DNA of 64,000 nt from contig JAOPTT010000002.1 in the NCBI GenBank assembly GCA_051531975.1, positions 377,968 to 441,967 on the forward strand. The letters are read 5' to 3'. The notes under the pieces were generated by a model. The model was not told where the DNA came from and did no database searches. It was given only the letters and a program-made list of their open reading frames with translations. The first letter of the stretch is position 1. The number at the start of each line of letters is the position of its first letter. Made by a program: the position numbers and the translations under genes. Source of the DNA: Spirochaetaceae bacterium (GTDB taxonomy: Bacteria > Spirochaetota > Spirochaetia > DSM-2461). This document shows, one piece after another, positions 59,507 to 64,000 of this stretch.

Positions 59507-60589
59507 ATGCTAAAACATATAATATTAACAATTAACCCTGGTTCAACCTCAACAAAAATTGCACTTTTTAATAATGATGAACCTATATTTACTGAAACTA
59601 TTAGACATTCTGTAACAGATATATCTAAGTTCGAAAAAGTGACTGACCAGTATGATTTTAGAAAATCTATAATACTGAAAAGATTACAAGAGAATGGAAT
59701 TGAATTAAAATCAATTGATTGCATAGTTGGTCGTGGTGGTTTAGTTAAACCTATAGCTTCTGGTGTGTATAGAATTAGTGATCAGATGCGGTACGATTTA
59801 AAAGCTAACTTATTAGGAGAACATGCTAGTAATCTAGGTGGTCTTTTAGCCCATGATATTGCTGTGGAACTTCCAAATACCCAGGCATTTATAGCTGATC
59901 CAGTAGTTGTAGATGAACTTGAGGATATTGCAAGATATTCAGGACACCCCTTAATTAAAAGGCGGTCAATTTTCCATGCCCTTAACCAAAAAGCAATTGC
60001 CCGTTCATATGCATCGGATATAAATAAAAAATATGAAGAGTTAAACTTAATAGTTGTTCATTTAGGTGGTGGTATTAGTGTTGGGGCTCATAAAAAAGGT
60101 AGAGTAATTGATGTAAACGATGCTCTTAATGGCGAGGGTCCTTTTTCACCTGAAAGAAGTGGAGGTTTAAATGCATTAAGCCTTGCTGAACTATGTTTTA
60201 GTGGAGAACATAGTTTTAAAGATATCAAAAAAATGATTATTGGTGGTGGTGGTTTAGTTGCATATCTAAAATGTAATGATGTGAAAGAGATTGAAGATAA
60301 AATTAGTGGTGGAGATGATAAAGCTCTTGAAGTATTAAATGCTATGACATATCAGGTCTCAAAATATATAGGATCTATGGCCGTAGTTTTAAAAGGCGAT
60401 ATAGATGCCATAATTTTAACTGGAGGAATAGCCCACTCAAAAAGTGTTACAGATCATATTTGTGAATCAGTAGATTTTTTAGCACCAGTAAAAATATATC
60501 CTGGGGAAGATGAGATGAAGTCCTTGGCACAAAATGGTCTAAGGGTTTTAACTGGGGAGATAATCGCTTCGGAATATGAAGGATTATAG
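59507..60589 (+). CDS. buk: butyrate kinase
   Basis: INPGSTSTKIA, VGRGG, HASNLG, DPVVVDE and HALNQKA motifs. Confidence 0.95.
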   Translation: MLKHIILTINPGSTSTKIALFNNDEPIFTETIRHSVTDISKFEKVTDQYDFRKSIILKRLQENGIELKSIDCIVGRGGLVKPIASGVYRISDQMRYDLKANLLGEHASNLGGLLAHDIAVELPNTQAFIADPVVVDELEDIARYSGHPLIKRRSIFHALNQKAIARSYASDINKKYEELNLIVVHLGGGISVGAHKKGRVIDVNDALNGEGPFSPERSGGLNALSLAELCFSGEHSFKDIKKMIIGGGGLVAYLKCNDVKEIEDKISGGDDKALEVLNAMTYQVSKYIGSMAVVLKGDIDAIILTGGIAHSKSVTDHICESVDFLAPVKIYPGEDEMKSLAQNGLRVLTGEIIASEYEGL

Positions 60590-61639
60590 GTGTTTTACAA
60601 GTAAGGTATAAAACTCTTTTAATTCCTTTATTACGATTCTCTCTTCTGGTTTATGTGCAACTTTTATAGAACCTGCACCAAAGTTTACTGCAGGTACTCC
60701 ACCAACGTTAAGCTGGGCAATATCTGTCCAAGCTTGCATTATCTCCCTTTCGACACCGTCTAATAGAAATAGGTCTCCAGAGGAACCGATAAAACATGAG
60801 TCAGCTTGGTCAACAACTGTTATATTATCTTGCCCTAGATGCTCAAGAAGGTATGCTAAAGCGACTCTGGAACTTTTATCTGGGCTAAACCTATAGTTAA
60901 CTAACATCTCAACCTTTGCCGGTATTACATTAAATGTTTTAGTATCTGTATGAAGGGCTGTAACATTTACAGTCTCGTAATATTCGTAGCCATCGATGTC
61001 AGTAATCCCATCAATTTCATTATTCATTTCGTCAATTTGACTATATATTTCCATTGACTCTAGTAGTGCATTTTTCCCTCTTTTAGAGTTTGCACTGTGA
61101 GCAGATATTCCATAAACTTCTTTTTTTACAGCCAATGAACCTAAACAACCTACGGAATATTTACCCTCTGTAGGTTCTAATACATAGGCAAAATCTAAAT
61201 TATCTAGGTGTTTTGCATCTAATAAATAGTTAATTCCATTTGGGCATGGACCTTCCTCTTTTTCGTAAAAAACTAAAGTTAGGTTATGATTTGGTTCGAT
61301 TAGACCTAGATCTATATCGTTTAGAACTTTTAACATACAAGCTATACCACTTTTCATGTCACAAGCACCTCTACCCCATAGAGCCCCGTCTTTAATAGTA
61401 GGAATTGTAGAACTTTTAGCTACTGGAACAGTATCGATATGCCCCACTAACCCAATTCGTTTCTGCTTACCAAAATCCATATGCAGAACCAAGGAGTTAC
61501 TTACTCTAATAAGTTCTCCATTATAATTTGATAATACAGAATATATCATATCGCATAACAGCTTTTCGTTATTTGTTTCACTTTCAACACTAATTAAACT
61601 TGAAAGAACTTCTACAATATCTAGTTTTATATCTATCAT
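60584..61639 (-). CDS. dapE: succinyl-diaminopimelate desuccinylase-like M20A peptidase
   Basis: GHIDTVP, GRGACDMK, YEKEEG, WTD and AHKPEE; downstream of a decarboxylase and an aminotransferase. Confidence 0.75.
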   Translation of the reverse strand: MIDIKLDIVEVLSSLISVESETNNEKLLCDMIYSVLSNYNGELIRVSNSLVLHMDFGKQKRIGLVGHIDTVPVAKSSTIPTIKDGALWGRGACDMKSGIACMLKVLNDIDLGLIEPNHNLTLVFYEKEEGPCPNGINYLLDAKHLDNLDFAYVLEPTEGKYSVGCLGSLAVKKEVYGISAHSANSKRGKNALLESMEIYSQIDEMNNEIDGITDIDGYEYYETVNVTALHTDTKTFNVIPAKVEMLVNYRFSPDKSSRVALAYLLEHLGQDNITVVDQADSCFIGSSGDLFLLDGVEREIMQAWTDIAQLNVGGVPAVNFGAGSIKVAHKPEERIVIKELKEFYTLLVKHL

Positions 61640-62931
61640 ACTAAGTCCTCTGGAATCGATTGGGCATCAACTAGATCTTTCATAAATATTCGAGGTCTAA
61701 TAATATGATATTTACCACTGTATATTAATACTTCAGGTGCTATATCATGGCTTAGAAAAAATGGCATACTTTCCGCATATCCATATGCTCCAGCACAAAA
61801 AACACCTATATAATCACCAATTTGACTATTAACTGGAAGTTCAATATCTTTCCCTAAAAAGTCTATGGATGTACAAAGACTACCACCTACATCATACTTT
61901 TTAAAATCATCCTCAGTTCTAGAGATATTAAAAGTTGGTTGAGAGACCTCAATTAATGCAGGTCGCAGAAGATGCTGGGCTCCACCATCAACTAAAAGAT
62001 AGTCTCTGCCTCTAGAGTGTTTTTTATCGATTACTTCTGTAATATATACCCCACACTGTCCGGCTAAATACCTACCTGGTTCAGTTATAATTCTTGTATT
62101 ATTATCTTTAATAAATGGGTATTGGTTTATTAATTTGGTTACTTCAAAACTTAAACCTTCAATATTAAATTCTGGATCATCATCTGAATAAGGGATACTT
62201 AAACCACCACCAACATCTATAGACTCTACTTTAAAGTGCTTATCATCTAGCTCTTTAGCAAGCTTGAAGCAGTTCTCCATATTACTTAAGAAACTTTTAC
62301 ATTCCCTAATACCTGTGCCAGCATAAATATGGATTCCCTGTAGTCTAATATTTTTTAGTTTTTGTGCTTCTATAATTACATCAGATATTGTCTCTGAGTC
62401 TATTCCAAATTTTTTAGAACCGCCACCTAAACTAACAACAACACCTTCAATCTCAAACTCGGGGTTAATTCTTAATTCAACATCCATAATTGTATTTTTA
62501 GATGATGCAACCCGGTCTATACGTCTAATTTCATTAATACTTTCTGCGTTAACTGCATATATGCCCATATCTATTGCTATTTCAATATCTTCATCTGTTT
62601 TAGATGGACCACCAAAAACAATGTCTTTAGGGTTCATTCCGAGTTTTTTACAAACGTATAACTCACCTGCCGATGCTACTTCTACACCGGCACCCATTGA
62701 TACAAACTGCTTCACAATTGAAATATTTGCATTGGCCTTCATTGCATAAAAAATATCAACCTCTTTAGGTAGATTATCTCTTAAATAGTTATATCTATTT
62801 TTTATTGTCTGGGCATCGTATATAAAAAGTGGTGTTCCAACCTCTTTAACAATTCTATTTATATCTACTCCAGAAATTTGAAGTCTACTATTTTCTAAAT
62901 TAAAACTACTACTTATATCAGTTACGTTCAT
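61636..62931 (-). CDS. lysA: fold-type III PLP decarboxylase (LysA-like function by context)
   Basis: GTPLFIYD, YAMKAN, DVGGG, EPGRY and GAYG motifs. Confidence 0.7.
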   Translation of the reverse strand: MNVTDISSSFNLENSRLQISGVDINRIVKEVGTPLFIYDAQTIKNRYNYLRDNLPKEVDIFYAMKANANISIVKQFVSMGAGVEVASAGELYVCKKLGMNPKDIVFGGPSKTDEDIEIAIDMGIYAVNAESINEIRRIDRVASSKNTIMDVELRINPEFEIEGVVVSLGGGSKKFGIDSETISDVIIEAQKLKNIRLQGIHIYAGTGIRECKSFLSNMENCFKLAKELDDKHFKVESIDVGGGLSIPYSDDDPEFNIEGLSFEVTKLINQYPFIKDNNTRIITEPGRYLAGQCGVYITEVIDKKHSRGRDYLLVDGGAQHLLRPALIEVSQPTFNISRTEDDFKKYDVGGSLCTSIDFLGKDIELPVNSQIGDYIGVFCAGAYGYAESMPFFLSHDIAPEVLIYSGKYHIIRPRIFMKDLVDAQSIPEDLV

Positions 62932-62932
62932 A

Positions 62933-64000
62933 TTAACTCCAACTATTAAACAAATCTGTAATGCGGTTTAATGCTTCTTTTAGGTCATTAAATTCCACGG
63001 CAAACGATAGCCTTATATGATTATCTCCCCGATCTCCAAATGCAACTCCTGGAATAGTTAAAACATTAACTTCTTCCAGTATTTTATGGGCAACTTCCTT
63101 TGATTTCCCAAACTTTGATATATCTGGGAAAATGTAGAAAGCACCCTCGGGTTTGACTACTTTGATGTTTTTTATTCCTGATAAAACTTTATAGACATAA
63201 TCCCTTTTTAATTTTAAGTCTGATCTTACATCTTCTACAAACTGATCGGAACTACCATCTAAGGATTTTATCGCAGTATATTGTGATACTGAGGAAGCAC
63301 AGGTAGAAATATATTGATTTGCAACTACCATTGGTTTTGCTATTTCTATTGGACTAACTGTCCAACCGATTCTTAAACCTGTTGCAGCTCCACGTTTAGA
63401 TATTCCATCTACAATTATTACTCTATCTGAAAATGTATATGGGCTTACTGGTTTTGCCCCGTCTATATATAGTTCACTATAAATTTCATCTGAAATAATG
63501 TAAAAGTCTCTTTTTTTTGCTAATTCTGCTAATTTTTTTACATCTTCCAAGGGTAGTATTGATCCCGTTGGATTATTTGGACTGTTTATAACAACAAATT
63601 TTGTTCTGTTTGTAATTAAATCTTCTAGACTGTTAATATCTAGGGAGAAGTCCTCATTCATTTTAAATGTTTTGACTTTTGAACCCTGAAGGCATGCGAT
63701 TGTATCATACACAGAAAATGCTACTTCTGGGATTAAAATCTCATCCGTGGGTTCTAAAAAAGTATATAGGATATTCCACAAAGCACCTTCTGCACCATTA
63801 GTTACCACAACCTGTTCTGGTAGTATATGCTTTTTTGTTTTTATAGAGTGATAATTTGCTATTAACTCCCTAAGTTCTAGCATACCTTGGTTAGAAGTAT
63901 ACCTAGTAATACCCAAAGAGAATGCTTTTTGACCTTGTTCCAGCATTGAAGAGGGTATATCGTTTGGAAGCTGTCCAATACCTAAGTTAATTGTATTTTC
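62933..64000 (-). CDS. class I/II PLP aminotransferase (5' end outside the window)
   Basis: NSPNNPTG, ISDEIY and SKRGAATGLRIGW motifs; the frame stays open to the window edge. Confidence 0.92.
   Translation of the reverse strand, partial: ENTINLGIGQLPNDIPSSMLEQGQKAFSLGITRYTSNQGMLELRELIANYHSIKTKKHILPEQVVVTNGAEGALWNILYTFLEPTDEILIPEVAFSVYDTIACLQGSKVKTFKMNEDFSLDINSLEDLITNRTKFVVINSPNNPTGSILPLEDVKKLAELAKKRDFYIISDEIYSELYIDGAKPVSPYTFSDRVIIVDGISKRGAATGLRIGWTVSPIEIAKPMVVANQYISTCASSVSQYTAIKSLDGSSDQFVEDVRSDLKLKRDYVYKVLSGIKNIKVVKPEGAFYIFPDISKFGKSKEVAHKILEEVNVLTIPGVAFGDRGDNHIRLSFAVEFNDLKEALNRITDLFNSWS

Noticed and set aside
2385..62749. Many short ORFs antisense to or nested in long genes (e.g. 6787-7245, 22161-22664, 43233-43652)
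   Set aside because: Shadow frames of well-supported genes with no motifs or RBS

Overview
AT-rich bacterial chromosomal segment, most likely from a free-living Spirochaetaceae member. This is inferred from the archaeal-type PyrH, the HLGN/KFSKS-type MetRS, the lolA-rodZ-rimO-uvrD-rplM-rpsI-recX gene order, a FemABX protein and a non-lipidated 'LLANSNKE' solute-binding protein. The left flank (1-16.3 kb) carries a LacI-controlled maltose phosphorylase/beta-PGM operon, an MCP, metG, hflKC and a cotH-VTC-DUF4956 operon with Pho-box-like repeats. An accessory island (~16.4-42.2 kb, no integrase seen) encodes an uncharacterised amino-sugar or uronate glycan catabolic system: a secreted 3xCBM32 beta-helix enzyme, TetR and AraC regulators, ABC uptake, DUF4838, a Gfo/Idh/MocA oxidoreductase, an isomerase, NagA, NagB, SdaA, an atypical SDR, a DHDPS-like aldolase, an N-acyltransferase and an M20 amidohydrolase. 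One 22-bp palindromic operator sits at three promoters of this island, and it contains several unannotated gene relics. The right flank carries a CPA2 antiporter-EIIA fusion, a partner-switching operon with an embedded chemoreceptor, core genes, tRNA-Leu(CAA), buk and a dap/lys-like operon. Several genes appear to be leaderless. All product calls come from motif recognition by eye; no searches were run.
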